Sequence record: MF158042
Direction: 5' to 3' (one strand)
Source: Shigella phage Sd1
Length of the DNA: 48,262 nucleotides
The notes beneath the pieces were generated by a model. It did no database searches. It was given only the letters and a program-made list of their open reading frames with translations, and was not told the DNA's origin. Numbering within the stretch: position 1 is the first letter of the stretch; every line of letters begins with the position of its first letter. Below are positions 26,452 through 35,262 of this stretch, one piece after another. Made by a program: the position numbers and the translations under genes.

Positions 26452-27102
26452 TTATGCTGCCAGGAAGCTGTAGCGTCCACGTACCGTAATTGCTACGGAT
26501 ACAGTTTCGATTTCGTTAACGCTTACATTTGGAGTTTCGTTGAAAGCAACGGTACCAGTCCACAGGCGAACTTCGCTAGCTTTTGGTACATATGCACGAA
26601 TCGCAGTAACCTTGCCACTTTCATCCAGTTCACGAAGAATTGGGTAGATTGGGTTATTGTATTCATGAGCAAAGGTATAAGTCGTGTTTACTGCAGACTT
26701 GTAGGTAGGAATCTGCTGTTCACGGTCATCGCTCAAGCACTGATAGGTAACGAACTGCTGCTCACCACCGTCAGTAGAAACATCCTGAATACAAGGCATT
26801 TCAAACCAGGTGAGAACCTTGGCGATAGTTGCCGTGCCACCAGCCGGGAATTTCAGGGTTGAAGTGGTGTCGATACCTTCAACAGTGATAGTCGTAGAAG
26901 TGGTAGACACTACGCGAAGCTGCTTATCAGCCAGGTTAGACCAGGTTGCAGATTCAACAACAATGAAATCGCCAGTTGCGAAAGTTGAAGCATCAGCAAC
27001 CGTCATTACCGGCTGAACTGCGTTGGTGATTGCTGTAACATTTACCGCGTCAGAGCGCGAACCCTCAATAAAAATTTGACTGCCATTTGCAAGGTGAGCC
27101 AT
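26452..27102 (-). CDS. Major tail protein
   Basis: Position upstream of G/GT and tape measure; Thr/Val/Ser-rich beta composition. Confidence 0.6.
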   Translation of the reverse strand: MAHLANGSQIFIEGSRSDAVNVTAITNAVQPVMTVADASTFATGDFIVVESATWSNLADKQLRVVSTTSTTITVEGIDTTSTLKFPAGGTATIAKVLTWFEMPCIQDVSTDGGEQQFVTYQCLSDDREQQIPTYKSAVNTTYTFAHEYNNPIYPILRELDESGKVTAIRAYVPKASEVRLWTGTVAFNETPNVSVNEIETVSVAITVRGRYSFLAA

Positions 27103-27116
27103 TTAAATCTCCTTAA

Positions 27117-27515
27117 TTAATCCATACGTACGTAGAATCGGACAGGAATGAACCAGCCGGATTGTGATTTTACTGGAGGAAACACAGAACCGCCTTCATA
27201 AATGTATCCGCTGTCAAGCATTGTACCATCGGCGAAAGCTTCTGACAATCGCCCAGCCAATTGGCGAGGCCTATCAGTGCCCTCACCTGGTGAAAAGAAT
27301 ATAGAGACCTGAACCATGCCTACGTAATAACGGCATGTTCGCTGCAATCCCCATGTCACGCTATCAACCTCCGTGTAGTCAAACTTCAACCACATAGAGC
27401 CATTACTAGGTGGCGTGAATCCGCAGTTCTCATAAGCCACTGGAAGCCCACCTGCAATATCAACCGCTGCATCACTAACCAGCTTTCTTGCCGCTACCAT
27501 CATTTCATAGTGCAT
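27117..27515 (-). CDS. Putative tail terminator/completion protein
   Basis: Position immediately upstream of major tail gene. Confidence 0.4.
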   Translation of the reverse strand: MHYEMMVAARKLVSDAAVDIAGGLPVAYENCGFTPPSNGSMWLKFDYTEVDSVTWGLQRTCRYYVGMVQVSIFFSPGEGTDRPRQLAGRLSEAFADGTMLDSGYIYEGGSVFPPVKSQSGWFIPVRFYVRMD

Positions 27516-27933
27516 TTGACTTTTTCCTTATAGCGTCATTAAAGTAAAAACCAAGCCTCTTAGTGACGATACCAAGGACTCCGTTTGGCGCCTGACCAGA
27601 ATAACCAAACTCCAATGGAACTGCATATGTTAGCGCGTTTGTGATATATATTGTATGAGTAGCTTTATCCCTAGCCAGGGCGTGAATCTGCCTTCTTAGT
27701 GACCTAATTGTGTCTGCCCCATCCTTGTCATAGTTGTTCAAGCTGATAAGTGATGGATTGTTTCCAGTAGCCTGCCAGTTACCCTTAAACCTTCCTGTAT
27801 CAACCGGAGATAGCTTGACGATATCCCTTGCAGCGTCATCAAGGGCGTCATCGATAATCTCCGGAATTGCTTCCATTACTGAATCGGCCCAATCATTAAT
27901 CTTTAGCTTAAACAGAAGATTATCATTAGCCAT
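27505..27933 (-). CDS. Tail completion protein (HK97 gp10-like)
   Basis: Segment SPVDTGRFKGNWQ resembles HK97 gp10 family signature. Confidence 0.5.
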   Translation of the reverse strand: MANDNLLFKLKINDWADSVMEAIPEIIDDALDDAARDIVKLSPVDTGRFKGNWQATGNNPSLISLNNYDKDGADTIRSLRRQIHALARDKATHTIYITNALTYAVPLEFGYSGQAPNGVLGIVTKRLGFYFNDAIRKKSNAL

Positions 27934-28303
27934 AAGTTGCAGCCCTCCGTAGTACTGGCCTGTAGGCGATTACAGTTCCAGTTGGCTTCACTGGTCGAGG
28001 GTCAATTACTGTGTAGGCTTCCTGGTCGATGTAGATGCGGTCACCTTCCGATACAACTGAATCAGCAGTAAAAATTCCGCGACGGTCACCGAATTTGATG
28101 ATGTCACCGTCAATGTCTCGCGCTTTGAATTCACGGATAACACCCCGCACAGTATATGAAGTCCCAGGTGCGCGCACTTCGTAGCCATTCACGATGGAGA
28201 TGGTTGGTTGGGTTGTGGCTTCGAAAACTCCATCACCATCTGACAGGAGATTAATGCCAGCTTTAATTTGCTGTTGCAAAAGTGCGTGATTCATCGGCAG
28301 CAC
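27926..28303 (-). CDS. Putative head-tail joining protein
   Basis: Position between connector-like and tail completion genes. Confidence 0.4.
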   Translation of the reverse strand: MLPMNHALLQQQIKAGINLLSDGDGVFEATTQPTISIVNGYEVRAPGTSYTVRGVIREFKARDIDGDIIKFGDRRGIFTADSVVSEGDRIYIDQEAYTVIDPRPVKPTGTVIAYRPVLRRAATYG

Positions 28304-28692
28304 CTCGACCCACCAGAAGTAATCAAACCCCAGCGGCCAACTTTGCGACGCATTAAATCAATGTAAAGCTTACCCCATGAGGACGCCTCAAGGTTAGATG
28401 AGCTCGCGGCGGCGGTGCTTGTGTCGTAGCTAATCGTGTACTCTCCGGAAAGGGAGTAGGACTTAACCCGGTCAGAGGATGTCTGGCTTGAATCATTCTC
28501 AGTCTTAAGTGCAATGTCCTGGCTAAGCAAGTGGAGCGTGTAGAACGCCAATGCTGGAACCTGCTTGTCGCCAAACTTATCTAGACAGATAAAAAGCTTT
28601 GCCACCTCAATCCATGCGTTAAGAACATCATCAGGCTGGTTGTTCAGCGGCGGGTACAGCTGTCTCATATACGCAATTACTTCTTCATTCAT
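28291..28692 (-). CDS. Putative head-tail connector protein
   Basis: Position after capsid gene set. Confidence 0.4.
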   Translation of the reverse strand: MNEEVIAYMRQLYPPLNNQPDDVLNAWIEVAKLFICLDKFGDKQVPALAFYTLHLLSQDIALKTENDSSQTSSDRVKSYSLSGEYTISYDTSTAAASSSNLEASSWGKLYIDLMRRKVGRWGLITSGGSRCCR

Positions 28693-28705
28693 GTGATATC
28701 TCCAT

Positions 28706-28735
28706 ACAATAAAGGACGCCGAAGCGCCCTTTTGG
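28706..28735 (-). terminator. Weak hairpin terminator (minus strand)
   Basis: 7-bp stem with one G-U pair and ttcg loop followed by T-rich tract. Confidence 0.3.
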
Positions 28736-28736
28736 T

Positions 28737-29033
28737 TTATTTGTAGTCGCCGCCATTCTCAGCTTCATCAATAGTCTTTGGTTGCTTCTTAGGCTTAGCC
28801 TTGTCTTTAACTTCCTGCTCGATTTCTTTAGTTGCCTTGTGGTCATCCTCAACCTCAAGCTTGCCTTCAGCTACCAAAATCTTTAAGCCAACGGATAACT
28901 CCTCAACCTCGATAGTATCGCCTGGAAGATAATCTTTTGCGCCAAGACGGATAACACAAGCACCTTTATGTAACAGTTTCATTCTTTCCTCCTTTGTTTC
29001 GATTTTCAAATGATAACACACAAACTTAATCAA
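28737..29033 (-). CDS. Hypothetical protein
   Basis: ORF with Lys/Glu-rich C-terminus. Confidence 0.35.
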   Translation of the reverse strand: MIKFVCYHLKIETKEERMKLLHKGACVIRLGAKDYLPGDTIEVEELSVGLKILVAEGKLEVEDDHKATKEIEQEVKDKAKPKKQPKTIDEAENGGDYK

Positions 29034-29616
29034 CTAAAGAGTCTCTGTTGTGATCATCAATCCTCGCGTACTCCCCGTTCAGCTCAATGCTTTTCATCAT
29101 GTATGCGCTCGCAGCCTCTTCTGGAGTAAGGAAGCAGCCTATGTGAATCTCCTGGTAATTATGCGTAATCCTTGCCGTCCATTTACCTATCTTTTTATTG
29201 TACCTCACACCTTTTATGCCGCTAGTGTTTGTTGAGTACTTACCCTTGTTTGCTGAGTTAGCTTTCGTGCTAGAGTCCCTAAGGTTTTCTATCTTGTCGT
29301 TTAGGCTATTGCCATCAACATGATCTATCTCACCGCAAGGCCATCTTTTATTGTGTATAGCCCACTTCACCCTTGATGCTATGAATGTTCTATCTTTCCC
29401 GTCAACCCTCATTGAGAAAACAAATCTCAGAGAGCCATCGGATGTACTAACCGACTCACACCCAACATATTTACCAGCATATTTTGCATTGAATATTGAG
29501 TCACCCCTGCATGTTACAACCCTACTGCGCCAAGTCATTCTGGATTCGTTTGGGTTGGATTCAATCCGGCTAATTAAAAGCTCCAGCAAATCATCTGTTT
29601 CTAACTTTCCCGCCAT
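29026..29616 (-). CDS. HNH endonuclease with AP2-like domain (second paralog)
   Basis: GEIDHVDGNSLNDKIENLR (HNH) followed by GIKGVRYNKKIGKWTARITHNYQEIHIGCF (AP2-like); ggaggg SD. Confidence 0.7.
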   Translation of the reverse strand: MAGKLETDDLLELLISRIESNPNESRMTWRSRVVTCRGDSIFNAKYAGKYVGCESVSTSDGSLRFVFSMRVDGKDRTFIASRVKWAIHNKRWPCGEIDHVDGNSLNDKIENLRDSSTKANSANKGKYSTNTSGIKGVRYNKKIGKWTARITHNYQEIHIGCFLTPEEAASAYMMKSIELNGEYARIDDHNRDSLVD

Positions 29617-29640
29617 TTTAAACCCTCCGATTTTCTATAG

Positions 29641-29668
29641 ACAAAAAAATAGCACCCCGAAGGGTGCT
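29641..29668 (-). terminator. Rho-independent terminator after major capsid gene
   Basis: gcaccc-cgaa-gggtgc stem followed by TATTTTTTT on the minus strand. Confidence 0.6.
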
Positions 29669-29689
29669 TGTCATTGTCAAAAAGTGCTA
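29645..29689 (-). promoter_or_regulatory. Palindrome-type promoter P14 for HNH gene (variant site tagcactttttgaca, hairpin in spacer, TATTTT)
   Basis: Palindrome site right after capsid stop, GC hairpin in spacer, -10-like T-rich hexamer. Confidence 0.4.
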
Positions 29690-30637
29690 TTAAGCAAAAG
29701 TAATGCCCTTCATGACAGCCATCGTTAAAGGCCTAAACACGATCAGACCAGTTGCTTTAGAAGTCACTGGAACGCGGAAGTGCAGGTCTCGCGGCTGAGC
29801 AGGCAGAGCGTTTGTCGGCTCGGTGATCTCGATCGCCATGTTGTTAGCGTCTTTCTCATAAGCGATAGCTGCAGAGGTACCAGTTCCATTGTAATCATTC
29901 AGGTACTGAACAAACTCAACGGTTACGCCGCTATTGTTCTGGCGGAAGAATTCACCATAGCTAACAGACGTGCCAGGAACCAGGTTCTGCATAATACGAC
30001 GAGCGGTAGTAGGAAGAAGCAGGTGCGTAGCGCGGTGCTGACCGTTAGTTGAAGTCTCGATAATATCCAGCAGGCTTGTAATATCGCTTACCGCTGTAGT
30101 AGGTTGAGACCATGAGCCACCGCTAACAACGTTGTTGATATTTGGATAGTCGAACACGCTAGGGATTCCGTGAACGGTAGAGCCTGACCATACCAGTTTA
30201 TCAAGAAGCTTGTCGTGCGCTTCGAAAGCCAGAGACTGCTTGCGAGCAGACAGTGACTGACCAGTAGCCTGACCAACTTTAATTTCATCGATAGAAATCA
30301 GGAAAGCGTTACCGAAACGGAAAACTTTACCCTGGCGTTCAGTTGCCAAAGCATCAACCAGCGGCAGGTCATCAGTGTAGTCAGCTACGATCTGAGCAAT
30401 TCCAACACCATCAAATACCGGATACTCAAAGTACTTAGCGTAGCCAGGGATTTCATTGCTAACAGGGAACAGGTTTACTACGGAGTTCTGATCGTACTCA
30501 GTTTCGTAAGCTTTATTCAGGCTTGCAGTGAGCTGCTTCACGGTCCAGATACCAGCCGCGTCGGCTTTATCAACACCCATTGCGCGCAGGTGGTTAGTAA
30601 TCTTTTCTTGCTCGAAAGCGTCAAGTTTGATAGTCAT
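29690..30637 (-). CDS. Putative major capsid protein (start uncertain, 30637 or 30649)
   Basis: About 315 aa; sits in head module downstream of protease/scaffold and small Gly-rich protein; followed by strong terminator. Confidence 0.5.
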   Translation of the reverse strand: MTIKLDAFEQEKITNHLRAMGVDKADAAGIWTVKQLTASLNKAYETEYDQNSVVNLFPVSNEIPGYAKYFEYPVFDGVGIAQIVADYTDDLPLVDALATERQGKVFRFGNAFLISIDEIKVGQATGQSLSARKQSLAFEAHDKLLDKLVWSGSTVHGIPSVFDYPNINNVVSGGSWSQPTTAVSDITSLLDIIETSTNGQHRATHLLLPTTARRIMQNLVPGTSVSYGEFFRQNNSGVTVEFVQYLNDYNGTGTSAAIAYEKDANNMAIEITEPTNALPAQPRDLHFRVPVTSKATGLIVFRPLTMAVMKGITFA

Positions 30638-30736
30638 ATTAAGATGCATCCTTTTGTTTATGAGTTTACGTGTCAATTATACACGAGATTTTGATTGGAA
30701 CAATAGGCGATTCCTTTCGCCTTTAACTTTAATCCA

Positions 30737-32212
30737 CTATGCGAGAGGTTTGCTTAGGTTTTCCACCTTATAAGCGTAAACGCCTGCCAAAGTATCAGAT
30801 GAGTTCCTTATTCCAACTATTGTAAGCTTGAAGCATTTAGAGTCAGCCGTAGCTCCTGGTGATGTGGTTATGTAATGCTCAGATGTGACTCCAAAAACGC
30901 CTGGCTTGAATACGCTATTCCAAAGAGCGGCCCCAGGAGGCATGCTTGTTACTATCGCTGTGTAGTTTTTCAACTTATCAGCTGCAACTGTAGTGAGTGA
31001 GTCAATCTGGTATGCAGTGTGCCTTATTGAAGCGATATTTGCTGTACCAGTATTACTAACACCAACCCATAAACCCTTGGCTGGAACTGTGGCGTTCTTC
31101 TCTCCGGTAAGGGCGAACCTTATTGTTGTCTCTCCGGGTATATCTATAAAGTCAGTATCCGTCTGATTGATCAACCCCGACCTTACGCCTGAAGCTACGT
31201 TATAAGAGGCTGGACCAGCCACCCCCTGTAAGCCCTGAGGTCCCGTAGGGCCCTGCAATCCACGCTCACCCTGCGGGCCTGCCGGGCCTTGTGGTCCAAC
31301 TGCACCAGCTACACCTTGTAAGCCTTGCGGGCCGGCTGGGCCTTGCTCACCTTGCAGGCCCCTCTCGCCTTGTGGGCCTTGAATACCTTCCGGACCTGTC
31401 GGGCCAGTTGGGCCTGCTGGACCAGCGGAACCCTGTGGGCCTGGGGCACCCTGTGCGGCCAGTAACTCCCAGGAATCGCTAACATCTGGATTTTCTCCGG
31501 TCACGGCGGCGGTAGCAAACCAGCTAGAGTTGTTAAATGTAACGACATCATCTTTAACGTAAGCTGTCGCAGCGTCGTACATCCCGCGGAATGTTAAGCC
31601 TGCCGGACCAACTGGACCCGCATCACCTTTATCACCTTTAGGGCCGGCCGGACCTGCTGCGCCGGTTGCACCGATAGGGCCTTGCGGACCAGACTCGCCA
31701 GTTTCACCTTGAGGACCTTGCGGGCCTACGGGGCCAGCTGGACCAGTGTCGCCTTTGGCACCTGCCGAGCCTGCCGGGCCGGTAGCACCTGTTGGGCCTT
31801 GAGGACCCTGTGGACCAATAGCTCCTGCCGGGCCCGCTGGACCCTGTGGACCAACCGGACCTTGCGGGCCTGCTTCACCTGAGCCTCCTTCTTCATCACT
31901 TACAAAATCACCTTTCGCCAGCGCTGAAAGATAAGCACCATCTTCGAAGTGGGCATTGCCAAACCTGCGCCAGCCCTGGGCTAGATATCTGTTAACCCTG
32001 TTAACTAATCCCTGAATTGTGGTATCGGATGTCACCATGAAGTCTTCAACGTTGTTTGCTGTTCCTTTCGCCATCTTCATGCCAAAGAGGGTGCCGCTCA
32101 GCATCTGCACGTCGCCATATGGCTGGAATCCTGATGAAATCATGATTTTTACGTTTCTGGCTAAGATTTCAGGTGAATTCCCTACTGCCATAGCAATTTC
32201 TGTGTAAGCCAT
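30737..32212 (-). CDS. Collagen-like repeat protein (two Gly-X-Y tracts)
   Basis: Two long uninterrupted G-X-Y runs ([16 protein letters not shown]... and [22 protein letters not shown]...) flanked by globular N- and C-terminal domains; aggag SD. Confidence 0.8.
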   Translation of the reverse strand: MAYTEIAMAVGNSPEILARNVKIMISSGFQPYGDVQMLSGTLFGMKMAKGTANNVEDFMVTSDTTIQGLVNRVNRYLAQGWRRFGNAHFEDGAYLSALAKGDFVSDEEGGSGEAGPQGPVGPQGPAGPAGAIGPQGPQGPTGATGPAGSAGAKGDTGPAGPVGPQGPQGETGESGPQGPIGATGAAGPAGPKGDKGDAGPVGPAGLTFRGMYDAATAYVKDDVVTFNNSSWFATAAVTGENPDVSDSWELLAAQGAPGPQGSAGPAGPTGPTGPEGIQGPQGERGLQGEQGPAGPQGLQGVAGAVGPQGPAGPQGERGLQGPTGPQGLQGVAGPASYNVASGVRSGLINQTDTDFIDIPGETTIRFALTGEKNATVPAKGLWVGVSNTGTANIASIRHTAYQIDSLTTVAADKLKNYTAIVTSMPPGAALWNSVFKPGVFGVTSEHYITTSPGATADSKCFKLTIVGIRNSSDTLAGVYAYKVENLSKPLA

Positions 32213-32263
32213 CTCTATCTCCTGATTGGTTAATAATCATTGACAGTCTAACAGAAAATTGGC

Positions 32264-32287
32264 AATAAAAAACCTCCCGAAGGAGGC
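32264..32287 (-). terminator. Rho-independent terminator after SGNH gene
   Basis: cctcc-cgaa-ggagg stem followed by T-run on the minus strand; 20 bp identical to terminator at 33638-33657. Confidence 0.65.
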
Positions 32288-32293
32288 TTAATA

Positions 32294-33586
32294 TTACGCT
32301 CGAGACACTGAAAGGATTTCAACTCGCTCACCGGTCTGCAGGTATAGCTGTCCGGCAACGTCATTCTCATCAATGGCATTTACTACACCAGAGAAGATTC
32401 TTACGCCAAATCCCTTAGTCAGCCTTGCAACTACGTTAAATCCGCGAGGCTTAACTGGAACCATTAATGACTTCTGACCTGTGGCTGCCAGAAGAACTTC
32501 GCGAGCCATTGCCATACCCCTGAACTCATGACCCATAGCGCCAGGGTGAACCCTATCAGTTCCGGTGTATATTTCAGAGTTTGCTGCCGTTACATAATTG
32601 CTAATGTTGATTACTGGTATCCCGTTATCAGCACAGAAGCCATCAACCAACTCAACAACCCTCTGAGTTGTGGCATTCAATCCAATTGGTGTTGCGCAGC
32701 TAATCTGGATGATTGGTACATCACTGTAAGTCTTCCTGGTCTCCTCCAGGCACTCCGACATAGACCTAAGCAGCCACTCAGCCTTGCCAGGGTCATTTAT
32801 TGAAACTGAGTCATTATAACCAAGCGCCCACGAGATAACGTCAGGTTTTCTATTTAACGCTGCGAGCCTTGTCTTTACCCTGTTAATCGGGAACCTGCCC
32901 TCCTCTTTTGAAGTCCAGGCCGATCCACCAATCCCTTCGCAGATACCATCGAATCCAAGCGATCGACTAAAAGTATAGAAGTCGTTTACTGCAGGGGATG
33001 AGCCATAAGCCTGAGTCCTAAATCCCGCACCAGTACCAGCGGTGTAGCTATCACCCATCTGGTAAATGAATGGCCTTTTAATAGTAATATCCCTGCTAAT
33101 CGTGTCTAACGGACCGAATGCGAAAGAGCCAAATGCAGTGTTAACGCCATAAATCTCAATATGCCTTAACTTTCCGCTAACGACTCCATCATTGGCCTTC
33201 ACTTGAATCCAGCTAACACCCTCAGTGGTTGGTGTCGTGATAGCATCTAGGGTTACCAATTTACCGTCAACGAATATTGAGTAAGATGAAAGAGAGCCAA
33301 TGGTCTTAATTTCAAAAAGCCTTGAATCAGTCATAAACTCAAGTTTCATCTGAAGGCCATTCGAAGGCTTCTGACCAGTGTAAGACCCGCCTGAAACGTT
33401 ATCAAATCCGTAGGTTGTCCACATGAGATTGGTCTCATTAAGTCTATTGATAACTTGAGGGGTGGTAATTGATGTTGCGGCCCTGATTTCCTTGATTGCG
33501 GAAAACTCAGTCGATAGCTGAACTGGCTGCATAGTAGCCAAGCCGTTTTCAATATTTCTTTTTACCAAATCAATAAAGCTTGCCAT
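32294..33586 (-). CDS. SGNH/GDSL-family hydrolase (esterase) with N-terminal extension
   Basis: Block I GDSYT, block III GYND, block V DRVHPG in C-terminal half of translation. Confidence 0.7.
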   Translation of the reverse strand: MASFIDLVKRNIENGLATMQPVQLSTEFSAIKEIRAATSITTPQVINRLNETNLMWTTYGFDNVSGGSYTGQKPSNGLQMKLEFMTDSRLFEIKTIGSLSSYSIFVDGKLVTLDAITTPTTEGVSWIQVKANDGVVSGKLRHIEIYGVNTAFGSFAFGPLDTISRDITIKRPFIYQMGDSYTAGTGAGFRTQAYGSSPAVNDFYTFSRSLGFDGICEGIGGSAWTSKEEGRFPINRVKTRLAALNRKPDVISWALGYNDSVSINDPGKAEWLLRSMSECLEETRKTYSDVPIIQISCATPIGLNATTQRVVELVDGFCADNGIPVINISNYVTAANSEIYTGTDRVHPGAMGHEFRGMAMAREVLLAATGQKSLMVPVKPRGFNVVARLTKGFGVRIFSGVVNAIDENDVAGQLYLQTGERVEILSVSRA

Positions 33587-33634
33587 TTTCTTTCCTCCAA
33601 TTTTAAGTGAAACTAATTGTACCAGTTTACAGGC

Positions 33635-33659
33635 GTAAAAAAACCTCCCGAAGGAGGTT
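33635..33659 (-). terminator. Rho-independent terminator upstream of SGNH gene
   Basis: acctcc-cgaa-ggaggt stem followed by TTTTTTT on the minus strand. Confidence 0.65.
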
Positions 33660-33676
33660 TAGTTTAGCTTTGCTAA

Positions 33677-34147
33677 TTATTTCTGAATAACCTGAACTTC
33701 AACGAGAGCAGGCTCACCAGATACTGCGTCAGCGGCTTGGAAGCCACCCGCAAAGGTCCAGTTAGTGGTAACTGCTCCGCCGCTTGTTGCGGAACCATCA
33801 GTACCAATGGTAACAGCACTACCAAATGCAGGAGCAGAAGAAAGGCCGGTAACCATCCAGATTCGACCGTGAGTCATTACGTTAGCAACCTGGAAGTTAT
33901 CAATGTTACCAACAACACCACCGTAAGAACCGCGCGGGCTTTCGTAATGTGACTTCACCAGAACACCGTATACGTTATCGGCAACAGCGGAAACCAGAAC
34001 TTTGTGACCATCAGCATCAACAGAATCGACACCAACAGCATAACCAACACCCTGAACTACTCCGGTAGACATTACACATGCACCATCAATATTGTACAGA
34101 GAGGTATCTGCAACCATACCAGCAGTAGCTTGACGACGAATTGCCAT
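33677..34147 (-). CDS. Small Gly/Ala/Val-rich head protein (putative decoration/cement protein)
   Basis: 156 aa, beta-rich; position directly after protease/scaffold gene. Confidence 0.4.
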   Translation of the reverse strand: MAIRRQATAGMVADTSLYNIDGACVMSTGVVQGVGYAVGVDSVDADGHKVLVSAVADNVYGVLVKSHYESPRGSYGGVVGNIDNFQVANVMTHGRIWMVTGLSSAPAFGSAVTIGTDGSATSGGAVTTNWTFAGGFQAADAVSGEPALVEVQVIQK

Positions 34148-34158
34148 ATTAAGACTCC

Positions 34159-35262
34159 TTATTTTTTCAATTTAGCGAGGCGAGCGCGCGGGTTAAGAGT
34201 CTTAACTTCCGGTGCTGCATCAGATTTTTCCGCGCCAGCAACTGCTACACGGGCTTCAGCCATTTTATCAGAAGATTTGGCGATATCAAAGGCCGCATCG
34301 ATGTACGCATCAGATTTCTCAGCAACTTCAATACCAGACACTTCTTTAACATAAGCAACTTTGATTGCTTTAGCGTCCAGGCCATCACATTTAACGCCAA
34401 CTTCCGCAGCGGTAGCAACCAGAGCGGCAAGCTCATCAGCATCAGCTTTAGCTTTAGCTACGGCAGCTTCGATTTCGGCTGGGATGCCATCAACTTTAGC
34501 TTTCAGTGCGTTGCGCTCAGCTTCCAGGGTGTCAGCTTTGGCTTTTGCCTGCTCTGCATCAGCTTTAACAGCTTCGATGTGCTTAGCAACTTCCGTGGCG
34601 ATTTCGAACTCCTGCTCGCCATCCAGTTTAATCTTAATCATCAATTTATCCTCTTTATTTGATTGAACGGTATCAGTATACGGGTTTTCCTGCTCCCCGT
34701 CCAGATTGAGTTTTGCAATACCAGCCCTTCCGCGATAAACCATTGCAAGGTGATTAACCCTGATGTCTCGCTGAATACCATCAAACTCTTCGTACCCATC
34801 AGGAGCAATCTGCATTACATCTGTCTTAAGCACATACTCGCCAGTTAGTGGGTCGCCCCACCCTGGAGTCATGTCTACGAAAGCCTGATAGCCAACGGAT
34901 AACTCTTTCGCCTCGCCAGCCATAGCCTTTTCAATTGCGCTCTTGTCGTAAACAACGATTGGAGCAACAACTGCATTACCCATCTTCTCAGCCTTGCCAG
35001 AAATAGAGCCAACAACAACTTCTTTAGCGTTATCTGAGTTAACTTCTACATGGTCAAGCGTAACCGGCTTACCCTGAAAGCTGGAAAGAGAGGTGTCATT
35101 GAATACCTCCTCAGATGGCCTGAACTCCCTTACCGCATTGCCGTCAATGTCGTAATAAACCTGAACCCCAATTCGTGCCACCACAGGCGTATCGACGAGA
35201 AAACCGTTCTCATCAATTGCAGCCTTGAATATGGAGTTATCATAGCGCATCTTACTCTTCAT
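34159..35262 (-). CDS. Putative prohead protease/scaffold fusion
   Basis: Globular N-terminal domain followed by Ala/Lys/Glu-rich coiled-coil C-terminus (AEQAKAKADTLEAERNALKAKVD); position after portal. Confidence 0.45.
   Translation of the reverse strand: MKSKMRYDNSIFKAAIDENGFLVDTPVVARIGVQVYYDIDGNAVREFRPSEEVFNDTSLSSFQGKPVTLDHVEVNSDNAKEVVVGSISGKAEKMGNAVVAPIVVYDKSAIEKAMAGEAKELSVGYQAFVDMTPGWGDPLTGEYVLKTDVMQIAPDGYEEFDGIQRDIRVNHLAMVYRGRAGIAKLNLDGEQENPYTDTVQSNKEDKLMIKIKLDGEQEFEIATEVAKHIEAVKADAEQAKAKADTLEAERNALKAKVDGIPAEIEAAVAKAKADADELAALVATAAEVGVKCDGLDAKAIKVAYVKEVSGIEVAEKSDAYIDAAFDIAKSSDKMAEARVAVAGAEKSDAAPEVKTLNPRARLAKLKK

Noticed and set aside
31291-31882. Plus-strand ORFs inside the collagen-like gene
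   Set aside because: Artefacts of the GC-rich GGN/CCN repeat, which keeps the antisense frames open.
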